From: Lingula anatina | Lineage: Eukaryota; Animalia; Brachiopoda | Reading direction: 5' to 3' | Assembly (NCBI GenBank): GCA_051362555.1 | Contig: CM120647.1 | Coordinates: 9,982,001 to 10,046,000, forward strand | DNA: 64,000 nucleotides | Part shown: piece by piece, positions 39,790 to 52,331 of the stretch | Numbering within the stretch: position 1 is the first letter of the stretch | Layout of the letters: each line of letters opens with the position of its first letter | The notes under the pieces: model-generated | The model's database searches: none | The model's input: the letters and a program-made list of their open reading frames with translations, nothing else | Told to the model about the DNA's origin: nothing | Translations under genes and position numbers: made by a program

Positions 39790-39950
39790 AGATTTTAACA
39801 AAAAACCGTACGTTTAGGAAAAAAACCCTGGATTAACTTTGAATGCAGGAATGGGGTCGTTGACCATTGGTAAGTACGGGAAAATTGCCGTTTTTTCCAG
39901 GAAAATCCAATTTTTGGCCAAAACGAAGAGTTATTATGACTTTAAGTTAT
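39790..39950 (+). repeat. Dispersed repeat shared with 49570-49730 (probable DNA-transposon interior)
   Basis: taactttgaatg.ag.aatg....c.ttgaccattggtaagta.ggg.aaattg.cgttt and ttttggccaaaa occur at both sites. Confidence 0.75.
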
Positions 39951-42900
39951 TGGCTGGTTTAACAGAGATCAAAACATTCGGTTTTCGATTATCCGTTTAA
40001 GTGAAAAAAAAAACATTGTTATGTTACGAGATAATGCTATCGTATCAAAAATACGTCAGGATGAATTTGTTTATCTGAGCGGATGATGTGACAGCTTCGT
40101 TTTGGGGGTGAAAACTGTAATATCGATTCAAACAGATCTGCTTCATCCGAAGCTGCGCAGCTGTCAACATCGTTTTAACGCCTTTTAAATCTCAACAATA
40201 AGTACTACAATCCGGTGCCAGGAAATAGTTTGAACGGCTAAATTCTGACGTCACCAGTAAAGAGGCGAAATATTAATTTTGTGAAACGAAGCATCGTAAT
40301 AAGGGGCACAAATCTCCTAAACATAACAATATAAAAAACAAGCACTGTCACCGAATTGAAGATCGCACCCTAGTCAACCATGCCTATTGTCATGCTAATG
40401 TCTTACCGACAGAGCTACGTTGGAAACCGATCACTACCTCACAGCAGTTCACAAAGACCAATTTGAAATATATAACGCTTATTAACCATCCTATGTGCAG
40501 AAGCATTTAGGGGTGGTGGATAAAGCAGCAAAAAGAAAAAAAAATGGAATGTGCAGCCTGAAAGCCTGCATTTTTGTTGCAATGATATTAGGATAAATAA
40601 TTCACCTTAAAGAACTGTATGGCCGGTAAATGTAAGCCTTTCAAGCGTATTGATCCCCCTTAATCCAATAACACTTTTAATATTTTATATCTTTTTTATC
40701 CGTTTTCCATTATAGTGACTGGGTTACGTTAATATGTTTATGTTGTCCAGCAAATACGATAAGCACGGCATACTGTATACGTGTACGAATTGTTCTTATT
40801 GTGGTAGCGGAGAAGGAACACAACTCTTCAAGCCGATAAATGTAAAATATAGCTTTATTTAGCACATATATCATATTTTGTTACGTGTTCCATGGCACTG
40901 TTATTATATGTCTCTAAAATACGTATGAATTGCCCTTAAAATGGAACAAAATACATTGTTAAATACCTGGAAGAATGCGAAGGGATATATGTGAAATTTG
41001 GTGACGTCATGATAATTGTTTATATATGGAAGTGACGTCATGCACTCCTGTAAATCAAGAACAGTTTAGAGCATAAAAACTGGAGCAGCTCTTCATGATG
41101 TCATACATTAAGTGAATATACAGAGAGCATATATATTATCATCATGAACATGTAAGTCTTGTAAGTTATACACATACTATAAAGTGTGCATAGTTACAGT
41201 GCCGCGTTGCATCAAGAGAGTGAACGTCCTTCCTATTATACAACATTACAAAATACGGTGATGAAATGATCTTTTTCAATACGGAAAAATTATCAATCTT
41301 TGAGATACACAATATTTAAATCAATAAATATTATATTATATTTTTTTTAGCTTTTACTATACAGAATAAAACTATTGCGTAGTCAGCTTTTCAATTTTGT
41401 TCTCATCAGTCACAGTTTAGTTGTAATTCTAAGAATTTATGACTCAAAAATACAGTATCTGTAAAATTCACATTTTTTTCCGATTGAAAAGATCGATTCA
41501 CTACCGTAGTTTATTCATTGTCTCTACTTATGCACCCCAACAAATAACAAACGGGGAACCCTAGCATTAGTTTTATAACTATATAAAGTTAACTTGTATA
41601 ACAACATTTTCATACTATTAGATAGTTAACAAAATATAAAAAACTAAACAATGTTAGTTTTTGATCCTAGTTACAGACGTACGCACAGCGTTAGACTATA
41701 TGTACATTAAATTAATAAAAACTAAATGAACAAATAAAACTACTTAATGACTGAATAAAGTTTAAATATTCGGAAAATAAAAAAAACTTTAAGTTTGATG
41801 AAGTACATGAATATAGTAAATCTCTCCGTCATTGTAGCTCATTTTGTAATATTTTCAAAGTTGAATCTACAGCTCTTTTCACACAGGCGCTTAACCATAG
41901 CGACACTGTCCGTATCGGTACGCTTTGGAAGGTCCTGGCATGCACGCTGCGAAAAGTGTAGTACCATTCACTATTTTAGAAGATCTCTACAAGGAGAGGG
42001 GGGGGCGTTTAGACTACTGCCTACGCATTAGCCAGGCTAATTTCCAAAATGTTCAATCTCTCAAAATGTGCCGATACAGACTGCACCGCTATCGTATTCT
42101 GGTTGATATGAAAAGGGCATAACAATAATCATCTAAGTTTCTTTTTTTCGTCAAAATGATATTATCTGTCTCTTAAGATTACAGAGAAAAAATAAAAATA
42201 ATGAAAGTTAAATAGTCTGGTCCGATAATATGTCCTACTTGTAACTGCTTATGAACAGCGCAGTCCTGCTATTTCACCCATTGCGTCCCTTCCCTTTAAA
42301 TCATGGGACTGTGTCTTTCAAAATATCGTCTTTTCCCGCAAAGATGCTCCAATTATTTTTTCAGCGGGTTACATGTGCTATTGTTTGTGATCGTGCGTGA
42401 CAAAAATTTTCTTAAAGCTTGATATATATATCAGTCAAACTATATGAAGCAAAGACATATATGTATTCCTGGGATATTTTAAACAGGCCTGTAGACAGGG
42501 GGTTCATGGTGGGGGGGGGGGGGGGTAATGGTGGAGATAACAACCCCTATTGTCGGAAAATAGTCCGCTCTGATTCGAGGTTTGCCCCAGGTTCTATTTT
42601 TCGCAAGTAGGGTCAGCTAAAGGAGGTAAAAAGGTTCACTTTTCAAGAAAAAAAAGAACGCCCGTTTTGAAATTGTTGGCTACAGGCCGAAATCATACTA
42701 ACATGTCATGACAATATTTACAGTGCGCTTGCTCGACATTTTTTTCACCAGTCATTTTTTGTTTTTACCCAGGTATTGCTCTCAACTGTCTGACAGTTGT
42801 GTCTAAGAGATAATTCAGTGTCAGCTGTAAATATTTATCTTGCTGACGTTATATATTTAAATGACGTCACATCATACCTTGGCAAGTGTCTAACAGATGT

Positions 42901-43317
42901 GTTGAAGTCATAACTCGTCTAATGTGAATAGTTGATAGATGTAGTTTGCTTACGTTAATTGTGAATATCTTTCTTCCTGACGCTATGTGACGTCAGTGAC
43001 GTCATATCTTATATTGGCATCTGTGGAGCATGTATACAAAAATAGATCATTTCATGATAATTATGTAGCCACGTTTACCCCTAGGGACATTAAGTAAAGC
43101 GTAGATGAGGTTTGCCAGAACGTGGCGCTTTTTCTCTCGAACACAAACTTGATTTATATTCAGTAGTCACCTTGATAGAATTTATGCTATTTTGAACATA
43201 CTGTTCAATTTGATTGTTTTGTTGATTATAAAAAATCAACTCAAAATCAATCACTGGTATCATTTTGAATCACATCTCTGTCATCAATGCGCCAACTTTA
43301 AATACTCGAGTAGCAGT

Positions 43318-44921
43318 TTATATCTTATGTGTGTCCAGTCCAATGTATTTAGGAGTGTACGCATGCGTTATGACGTCAGAAATAACCACGATGGAATGAA
43401 ACCTATACAATATCATCAGCGGCAGTGTGACGTGAGACAAAATCACCCATGCGTTCACCGTGTAAAAAGAAATCTGGATACTATTGGCTATTTCATTTCG
43501 CAGCCCAAATGAATTCAAGCCCCAGAGGCAAAAGTTGCAGCAAAGAAGGAAAAACAGTCCTTGCCTGCCGGGACGCTTCTCGCGCTGTTCCGGCGTCGTC
43601 GCCCTCCGCGGTAAGAATGACGTCACAAGGAAAACCGTTTGAAGCACCGCCTCTATCATAACAATAGCAGCGTCGGCGGTGGTCAGTCCAGCGTCCACCT
43701 CAGGATCGGTCACCCCTAGTCCAGCTATGATGGTCAATGTGCAGTAGCCCATCAGACCAATAAATGAAATCCCGAGAAGAGCTTTATCAAGGGCCAGCTG
43801 ATGCTGCTGATGTTTCTCGTCTGAATGCCTCCTCCCTTCTTTCCCCAGTCGTAGTCCACGCAAATTGGGGTCTTTCTTCATCAGGCTGTTGATGCTGAAA
43901 TGCGTAATGAATAGCGCGAAAATGTTAAGTATGTTAAGAGATATTTTGGCAATGAACAGGTGTGCATTTGCGTACTCTACTCTGCCAAGGATGTCGCTGC
44001 TGTCGGCGTACAAGAGATTCAAGAACACTATGATAGTGACCAGAGTCGCCAGTGCAATCGTAAGACCGATGTAAAGTCCGCAGTGGTTGTTGTAGTATTC
44101 CGCCTCCTTCACGTCGGGCATGTGGGGAGCCTCGTAAGCTGATGTTGCTATAGAAACGCTGGACGCTACGTTGGTCAGCGTTGATCTACCTGTATGAACA
44201 AGATCGCTGGCTTCCAGAAACGTGTGCTGGCTGTGGTCGTTGTTATGGCGATGCCAGTCGGCCACGTGACGCGTCACCTGACTCACAGACATCATGTCCT
44301 TGTTGCTATGCGACGCTTGATCGTGGAGCTCCACGTGCTCGTGATGGTCCGACGCAGCATCACTGGCTTCCCCGAAGTAGAATTTCACTTCGTCTGCCTT
44401 GGAGCTGAACTCGATCTTCTGGTCCTTCTCCTTCACGGGGCAGCTGTCTTGGTGGCCGCTTACTCCTTCCTTGAACGAATTGAAACAGTTGCACTCCGAC
44501 TCCTCCGCAGTTTTTTGCTTGGGCGTGGCGGGTTCGGAGTGAGCAGACGACTCACCTTCCGAGCCCGATTCCTCGATAATGTCCGCTAGAACCGCGGAGA
44601 AGGCACGATTGACGTGGCCATGAGAACCGTGGTGACCGTGAGGGTGGTCAAAATGAACGTGATGAGGCCCGTGTCCAAGATGCTCCATCCGGGCGATGCT
44701 GGAAGACTTTCTCACCGACTTAGGGTCTACGTAGCCGTTACATTTGGCGTGAAGGTTGTCCTCTGATAGTTCAGTCTTTGGAGGCGCAGCGTGAGTGGGC
44801 TGACATATTTTGCTCCAGATTAGATAAATGTTTGTGGAAGTGATCAGGCTGTATTCAATGACACACGGGTATAGGTAAGATGAGAGTTGACGTTGCAGAG
44901 TTATCCCACCAGCGCAAGCGT
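43318..44921 (-). CDS. OTOP: Otopetrin proton channel, terminal exon (TM6 to C-terminus)
   Basis: Otopetrin signatures YLYPCVIEYSLI, KRPGRQ..FLLCCNFCLW and FY...W......LPL.ILYRFHS; tttccag acceptor at 44922-44923 in phase 1; TAA at 43318-43320. Confidence 0.95.
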
Positions 44922-45372
44922 CTGGAAACAAAATCAGGACCGTATTAACTAAAAGGTGCTTTATTTTTGATTTCACATATCCATTTTATATTTCTTCAAT
45001 GTACCAAACATCCTTTAAATTCGTGTTGAAGAATTACTTGTCTTTTTTTTTGACGAGATTTTTACAATGAAAAATTCAAAATTATCAAATATGGATGTCA
45101 ATACTGCACGATTAAACACTTAAATTAATCTCAATTTAATTTTGTTCAATTATACTTCATAAAAATATTATAAAAATATTAAAGTAATTCTTCTTCTTCT
45201 TATTTTTATTAAATAACAGTAAAGTTTTGCTTAATTCTTCCATTACATAAACGAAATTGTGCACAATGTTTTTTTTAGTATAATAAGGCTACTGGTATTC
45301 ATCTTGTAAATTGTCATACTTTTCATTTTTCCTTTTTTCCTCACAGGTCAGTACAACAATGTCTTAACTTAC

Positions 45373-45550
45373 ATGTGTAATTCGTGTCGTTTTTGACACT
45401 GTGACTGGAATCTGAATGATGGGCTTCCTCAGACGAGTGTCGGGCCTCTGATATTGTGGTGTGAATCCACACAGATATATTGGTCCCCATTATTACCATC
45501 AGCCCAAACCGGGATAATATTGGAACAACCTTGCCCATGTTAATTGTAAC
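45373..45550 (-). CDS. OTOP: Otopetrin exon
   Basis: ttttcag|VTINMGKVVPILSRFGLMVIMGTNISVWIHTTISE...|gtaag; matches the otopetrin RFGLMH..TN..VW motif; 178 nt, phases 0/1 fit the neighbours. Confidence 0.92.
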
Positions 45551-45797
45551 CTGAAAAATCAATTACTAAAATCTAAGTAAACGAATTGGTGATAATGTCA
45601 GAATTAAACATGACCAGAGAGAGACAGCGGTATGTGGGCAGTGATTATGCATCGTATTTAATCCATACTTGGATCTTAGCAAAATAAATGAAAAAGAATC
45701 TCTCTCTCTTTCTCTCTCCCCCCACACACAAACTAAAATACACACACTCAAAAACAAAAAAAATGTTCAGATTATACTATTGCTACTTACTTTTGCG

Positions 45798-45798
<1 letters not shown>

Positions 45799-45838
<40 letters not shown>
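45799..45838. repeat. (AAT)n microsatellite in an otopetrin intron
   Basis: Direct reading. Confidence 0.95.
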
Positions 45839-45840
<2 letters not shown>

Positions 45841-46017
45841 TCAATGTATTTGGAAGGTACATTCAAAATACAAAATTAATGATGATTCCAATAAAAAGGT
45901 AGGACCTATTAGTTCATTAGAATATATAATGTAAAATATATGGTAAACTGTACAATTGTGATATATATTCCCAAAAGTAAAGATTTATCTCTTATATTGA
46001 AATAGATTTCTACTTAC

Positions 46018-46172
46018 CTTGGCATAGACCAACAGAAAGTAAACCTGAAGTGACGTAAAAGCAATGGAGAGGAGCGGTCCAAAAATGGATTCCAGATAGC
46101 GGCACTCGGGTGCCAGGGAAACGAACTCCGCTATCCCCAGAGAACTGTATACCATCGCGCCCATACCAAATA
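46018..46172 (-). CDS. OTOP: Otopetrin exon
   Basis: ttgcag|FGMGAMVYSSL...FTSLQVYFLLVYAK|gtaag; matches otopetrin FG.G.M.Y and FT..Q.YF motifs; 155 nt. Confidence 0.92.
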
Positions 46173-46488
46173 CTGCAAACAAATGTTCGTTAACACTTTT
46201 ATAAAATCCACTTTTGACACTCTTTTAACAGAAGCGGTAGACATTTTATTTCACCCTCCATTCTAACACATGTTCATTAATCTAGAACATTGCGCTCAAT
46301 ATTAAAATTTTCGTGACTGGAAATTTAACAAATAAATTAGATGTATTCATTTCACAATTATTCCTGGATTTCTAGTGCAAACAAAATAGACTAACACACA
46401 TTTTCGGCATATCGGGAAAAGAATGACGGGGTACATTTGCATGTATTCTCCCCAAAAAATGAAGAATATAAGAAAAATTGTAATTTAC

Positions 46489-46633
46489 CCATGGCGCCGA
46501 TTTTCTGAAAATTCATCTTGTTATTTTTTCTAGACTTGTATTTTAAACTCGTAGTCAGTTTCATTGTCCAACCCAACACCAAAGTAACGAATATCCACAC
46601 AGCCGACGCCGCGTACAGAACAGATAGCATCAC
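46489..46633 (-). CDS. OTOP: Otopetrin exon (TM2 to start of TM3)
   Basis: ctttcag|VMLSVLYAASAVWIF...NFQKIGAM g|gtaaat; 145 nt, phases fit. Confidence 0.88.
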
Positions 46634-47020
46634 CTGAAAGATGCAAATTAGGTCAAGGTCATGTGGAACCAGTCATGTAAGGTCAGGTGAAGGTCACGTG
46701 AAATTTATGAGACAATTCAAAGATCACTTGCGATAACCCGTAGGAGAAAAAAACTGCCAAAGTTAGTTACATTTCTAATTCAACTAAAATAGCCTGACAT
46801 GTTGACATGTTAATATTTTAATTCGTCGGTTACTTTCAGAATCATTTGTCACATATTGGTATTCTATACAGTCTTCCGGAAGACGGTCAGAATTTTTAAC
46901 TTAACATTGACGGGCATCTAATTTTTTCCTTTGGAAGACGGTCATTCATGGTAAATGAATCGTTAAAGATAATTTCAAAGACTCGTAAAACATTTCTGAA
47001 TCTGTTCCTGATATTCTTAC

Positions 47021-47141
47021 ATCTATGGCGGTCTTGGGGATGTCCTTCTGAGCAGACGACGCCACGTCCATGCACGAAACCACCACCACAATAACGGCGG
47101 CCAGCAACAGGCTCATCGCTTTCATGTTACCATTGTCAAAA
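47021..47141 (-). CDS. OTOP: Otopetrin exon (TM1), phase-2 acceptor
   Basis: ttttctttctag|t FDNGNMKAMSLLLAAVIVVVVSCMDVASSAQKDIPKTAID|gtaag; 121 nt; not in the ORF track because it is short. Confidence 0.82.
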
Positions 47142-48790
47142 CTAGAAAGAAAATTAGCAAGATGTTATAAACATGTTTCATGGACACAACTACTGTAGAA
47201 TTTTTTAGAATGATAAATTGATTAATCATTTTAATAATAACAAATTGATAAACATTACGGATTGAAGATAAATATTTGCATGTATTCTCAAATATGGACA
47301 TTTTGATAAATACACAGTTGCAGTCATTATTTTTTCCACTAATGAAGCTCGAAACAACACAGGCACGTAGCTACCAATTTCAAAAGGGGGTTCTTTTAAT
47401 TAAAAATTGGACCTTTTACTATGAAACCTCGTGCTCTTAGATAAGATTTTACCCAGAGGGTACCTGTTCCAGGCAAAAGGGGTGCTCTTTCGAACCCCCC
47501 CCCCCCCCACCCCCCTCGCGGCCATGGGCCTGCAACGCATTATTTGTTTTTCATTACGAAACATTTCGTGCTCAGATAAGATACTATCTCGGACTCCATT
47601 ATTGCAAGGTGGGTGCGAGAGGTCTTGATATAAACCAGATTGCATGACAACAATCACTAAGGACCGGTCAGTCACGAGAGTGTCCAGTTGCACTTGTAAA
47701 TATATTGTGCTATGTCATATCATGGATGAATGCGCCGATTTAAAGGGATGGTGAGCGAATTCCTTTTAATGAAAATGGATTAAGTTTCGCATTTCTGTCC
47801 CATTATAAAACTTGTACGCACCGCGCTCTCACATTTGGCCGCATTAGTTGTTTAAAATCCCCGTTAGTCGAGATAAAGCGTCAAGGCTCATTACACACCG
47901 AAGAGAATTCACAAGTTGATCTGATTGGTTGATATGGTCAACGTACAAGTCTTGATTTTTTTCCTCATGCAGTGCGTTTCAAGTATTTTATCAGAAGGTC
48001 GAGAGATGGTCATACAATACGATATAAATTCCGCTTGTTGTCCGTTCGATGATCGAATTTCAGCGAAGACACGAAAAAAGTCTGAACAAAAAAGAATACG
48101 AGTCGTTTGGCATTTTGAACAACAAAACGTCAAAATTGAAGTTGACACAATGCTTTATGGAAAGAGTATCGAAAAGGGTGATTAAAACCGGTTTGAATGT
48201 CGTATTTCGTGCAATAAGTCGCCCCCTAGTGCTATCAATACTGTTCGGCCAAAAAGTTAAATGGGCTTGTTTTTACGATCACCATGTTTTTGTCGTCCTC
48301 TTACATCTGATTGTTCTATGTGTTAGAATGATTTGATATAAATTAATCGTTTGTTATTATCATTACGCAACTGTTTCTTACTTTTGGTTCTGCCTAGCGA
48401 ATAACGTTATGTAACGTTTTATGACGTTACCATGACATTAACATAATGTTTTTGGTCAAGTAAACGTTATGGTAACGTTATGATAACTAAACGTTCTGTG
48501 TTTTCTGGATTACCAGCAAGATGCTGACTATACTAGTAAAAGTACTACTCCAGCAGCTGATCGGAACCCAAACTATCCGTGTATTCTGATCACTTTTTTC
48601 CGATTAACAAACTCATAACCGTGGTGCATCTCTATATTCCAAAGGTCCACTGTTCCAAAAAAATGCTGAAAAAGATTTTTCTGACCTCTGAAATTCGGGG
48701 GGTCATTATTCCGAAGGTTTGCAATATATTCCGAAGGCTAAGGGTGTGCTATTCCGAAAAGTTCGCTATTCCGAAGACAGTATAATCATG

Positions 48791-48997
48791 CAATATGTCG
48801 GGGGCATTTAATAATTCATAGGCAATGTCAGTAACCTCAAGTAATAACTTTTATTGTAAACCGTAATTCTCTATAATCCAGTTTCTTTGTTTGGGAAAGG
48901 GAGGAATATGTCGGGGACATTTAATAATTCATAGGCAATGTCAGTAACTTTAAGTACCCCTGTAATAACTTTTATTGTAAACCGCAATTCTCTATAA
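48791..48997. repeat. ~114-bp tandem duplication
   Basis: aatatgtcgggg.catttaataattcataggcaatgtcagtaac...ttctctataa at 48791 and 48905. Confidence 0.88.
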
Positions 48998-51900
48998 ATA
49001 CATTATGTCAAGTCTGAAGAGGCAGAGTAAGCCTTGTTTACTAGTCTGATTAAGAAGCCACTGATAAGGAAGTTTATGAAGCCATTGTCTTGGTAAGATA
49101 CTAAAAGGTGTAATATTCAACATATCGGCAGAATGTACCTGAGCAGCGACGAGTGCACATTAAATGATTGACACTGGTTATTGTTGTCAGCGTTGGATTT
49201 CCTCATAGCGATTTACACGTAACAATTTTTTTACCACGAACCTGGTAGGTAATATTAACGCGTTATCCGAACTAAAAATTTCCAACGGTGTCCGTATTTC
49301 GAGCCCATTTCTAAATTACATTCGTATAGATCTAAAATTTGCGCGGTTCCGGACAAATACAATAAGTTGAAGAAGACCGATTAAAGGGATAACAACTCTT
49401 CGTGCGAGATCTATGTTTCATAATAAATACATTGTAAACAACTCATACAAATATAAAATATTCTATTTTGCCACAAAAACGGCAGTTATAGCAATTATTC
49501 TGAAATCTGTGTTTGTCATCGGACCACGTGACCTCCATAGATGGCTATACTCTGCAGTAATCTCTTACAAAAAAAAAAACAAACTTTTTTCTTAGAAAAA
49601 AAACCCGAGGACTAACTTTGAATGTAGAAATGTATTCATTGACCATTGGTAAGTATGGGGAAATTGTCGTTTACCCCAAGAAAATTCATTTTTTGGCCAA
49701 AATGAACAGTTGTTATCTTTTTTAAGTTTAATCTAAAAAATGTTAAATATGGGTCGTCTTTTGGTACATGTACTAAAATTCTACCCCAACCATGTGTAAT
49801 ACTGTCTAGAACAACATGTACAACAGGACAATTTGAGAAGATTGTACTCTGTATAATACTCTTTAACGCGGTTAATTGCTAAATTCTAATAAACATATGG
49901 GATATACTCCATGGTGATTTTCATTTAACATTCATCCATCTATCAATGAGGAGTTCGCAGGGGAAGTAATGGGGGGGGGTCTAAAGAACCATTCTTTGGC
50001 TAGAATAGATACTCAAGAGCGGATTGAGGCCGTCTTCTGGGTCTTCTGGAAGACGGTCAAATTTCTAAGTTTACATTGATGAGTACCTAATTTTTTCTGT
50101 TGGAAGACGGTCAAAAAATGGAGGATGGATCAACAAAGATAATGTGGAAGACAGTCAGAAAATATCTCTGGATCCGCCCCTGGATTATACCAGTGCCCTT
50201 TGAATCAAAATGCTATCTATACACTTACGCGCTCTACATGTATTTCATTAACTAAGATGACTTGAATTATATATATATATTCTTAACCTTCAATTCGGGT
50301 TCTTTGTGTTACTCGCAAAGTGTATTTCGGAACAGTGAATCTTCGGAATGGCGGACCTTCGGAAAAGCGAACCTTTGAAATAGTGGAGATCGTAATAAAG
50401 CTTTGTACCTACCTAAACGTTGATTGTTTCGTTGTCATTTGGACGGCTTATTTGATATAAGCAAAAACTAACTACAAGTAAATATATATAATCACGGCCA
50501 CATTATATACTTGAATTCTTCGCTCAGTAACAAGTATACTCCTCTTTACGCTACTATCTACACGCTCTCTCACGCTCTCTCTTTCTCTCTGTCCCTCTCT
50601 CTCTTGTATGTGTGTACACGCTCTCTAGATCTCTTGGATGATCGCTTTCCATACAATGACCCGCACATAAAACACTGCAAAGCTTAATAAAAAATGTGAG
50701 CGCTCAACAGTCCAGGTGCACTTCTTGGATCAAATTTCTCTTCGATGTGAAACTGTATACCACCTCTTTTATTAAGATTCTATTCAAGGTCTATTTATAT
50801 TTCTTACAAAAGATGTTATTTATAAGATACAAGTTCCATCTAACACAAAAGCCTTAAACGCAAGGGTCACGTTGAACTGATTCATACCTTTTTCATATAA
50901 AGTTGTATTTGACTGTTTCAGTATCAAAACAAATATTGCATCGATAACAATTCATATACATTGACTGCTTTTGTATAACATGTCGAATGGATACTTTTTT
51001 ATAACATGATCTTATGATGAATCACACTGTTTTCCTTGTTAGTAGTTGCACAACAACTTTAAACGTTATGAAATGAAAATTCTTGCATCTCTCCTCTCCA
51101 TCGCTTCAACCATCTCTCTCTCTCTCTCTCTCTCTCAAAAACACACACGCGCACGCACATACACATAGGCTACACACATTCTCCATCTCTCATTTTCTCC
51201 CCAGAGTCGAAATCATCCTAAAACTTTCATCACATATTAACTAGGACGAATGGAAACGTCAAATAAAACGCAGGTAGGTGAGCTGTACATCTGCCTTCTA
51301 CAGGTACAGGTATATGAATATATACTGGAGTATATAGTAAACTAGGCACGATGCGGGTTGTATAAAGTCTACACAATAATGCTTGGCACAAGCTTGAATA
51401 ATTGAAACATGCGCTAACAGTGAAACATGTCATGTAACGTAAATAAATACTGTTTATAATCCACCACCCTTAAATAAACCAAAAAATCAGTACAACATGA
51501 AGTGAGCGGAGTTAAGCAAAGGTGATGTTATTTGTTCACCCGGGTGCACTTGGAACCTTTCAATGTCACTCAAGGTCGTCAAAATTAACACATAAATAAA
51601 TACATAAATTGCATATTTTGGGCCGTGTTCAAGCCAGGCCTTACTTATCCCAGTTTAAAATTAATTGACGTCATCACGGCGTGTTCAGGCGGGAACTAAC
51701 CAAGGGCTAGATATAGACGTTTGATAACAAAGGGATCCCTTTGTTAATTGACAACCTTGTGGCGACATCAATAGGACTGTTACTACAAGTAATGACGGTC
51801 TATAGTGAATGTAAACCGGTCTTCAAGCAAGTACTTATACCAGTCCTAAGACTAGCAGTTTCTAATGGCAATGTTTATTCCCCTCTTACATGTAGTTGAC

Positions 51901-52278
51901 CCAACTTGAGGAATTAAATAGAGCGCATAGATGCCATTTTGATTCACTGGTATCTATTCTGGATGGTTCTTTAGACCCCCCCCCACCCCCCCCACCCCCC
52001 CACCGTACCTCCCCTGCCTTGGGCCTAAATACACATACACCTTAGCCAAAAAATAATTTAGATACGCGGGGAGGACGTGAATAACTTGAAGGGGTTAATG
52101 CCCTGTTATCTACAGTGAAGGTACATACTTTAAGGTACACTCTAAGGTCACTACACAAAATCAAGGTACGCGTATTTAAAATACATATACGACGCTCAAC
52201 TACATGTACAATATAACTACTTCATAAATACTACTAGAGGTGTACATAAGTATAGGAGTAAACGGTTTAAGTCCTGAC

Positions 52279-52331
52279 CTATTTGTCCTTGGGTCAACCG
52301 CAGTCGCCGCCGTCGGCTGGGTTTTCTTCAT
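52279..52331 (-). CDS. Otopetrin candidate first coding exon (MKKTQPTAATAVDPRTN)
   Basis: ATG...AG|gtcagg in phase 2; TATA-like tatataag at ~52482-52489; with the five downstream exons gives 2256 nt = 751 aa + stop. Confidence 0.55.

Noticed and set aside
40345-40425. tRNA-like sequence on the minus strand (gtagctctgtcggtaaga...gggtgcgatc); similar at ~28085-28160
   Set aside because: A/B boxes are degenerate and no cloverleaf can be drawn; at most an old tRNA-derived SINE head.
44922-44976. N-terminus MKSKIKHLLVNTVLILFP of ORF 43318-44976
   Set aside because: Intronic read-through from a GTG start; the real exon begins at the acceptor at 44921.
47741-48340. ttaaaggg-starting segments (also 49381 and 63940) as Kolobok-type transposon ends
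   Set aside because: I could not locate matching right ends or TSDs by eye, so they are not reported as features.
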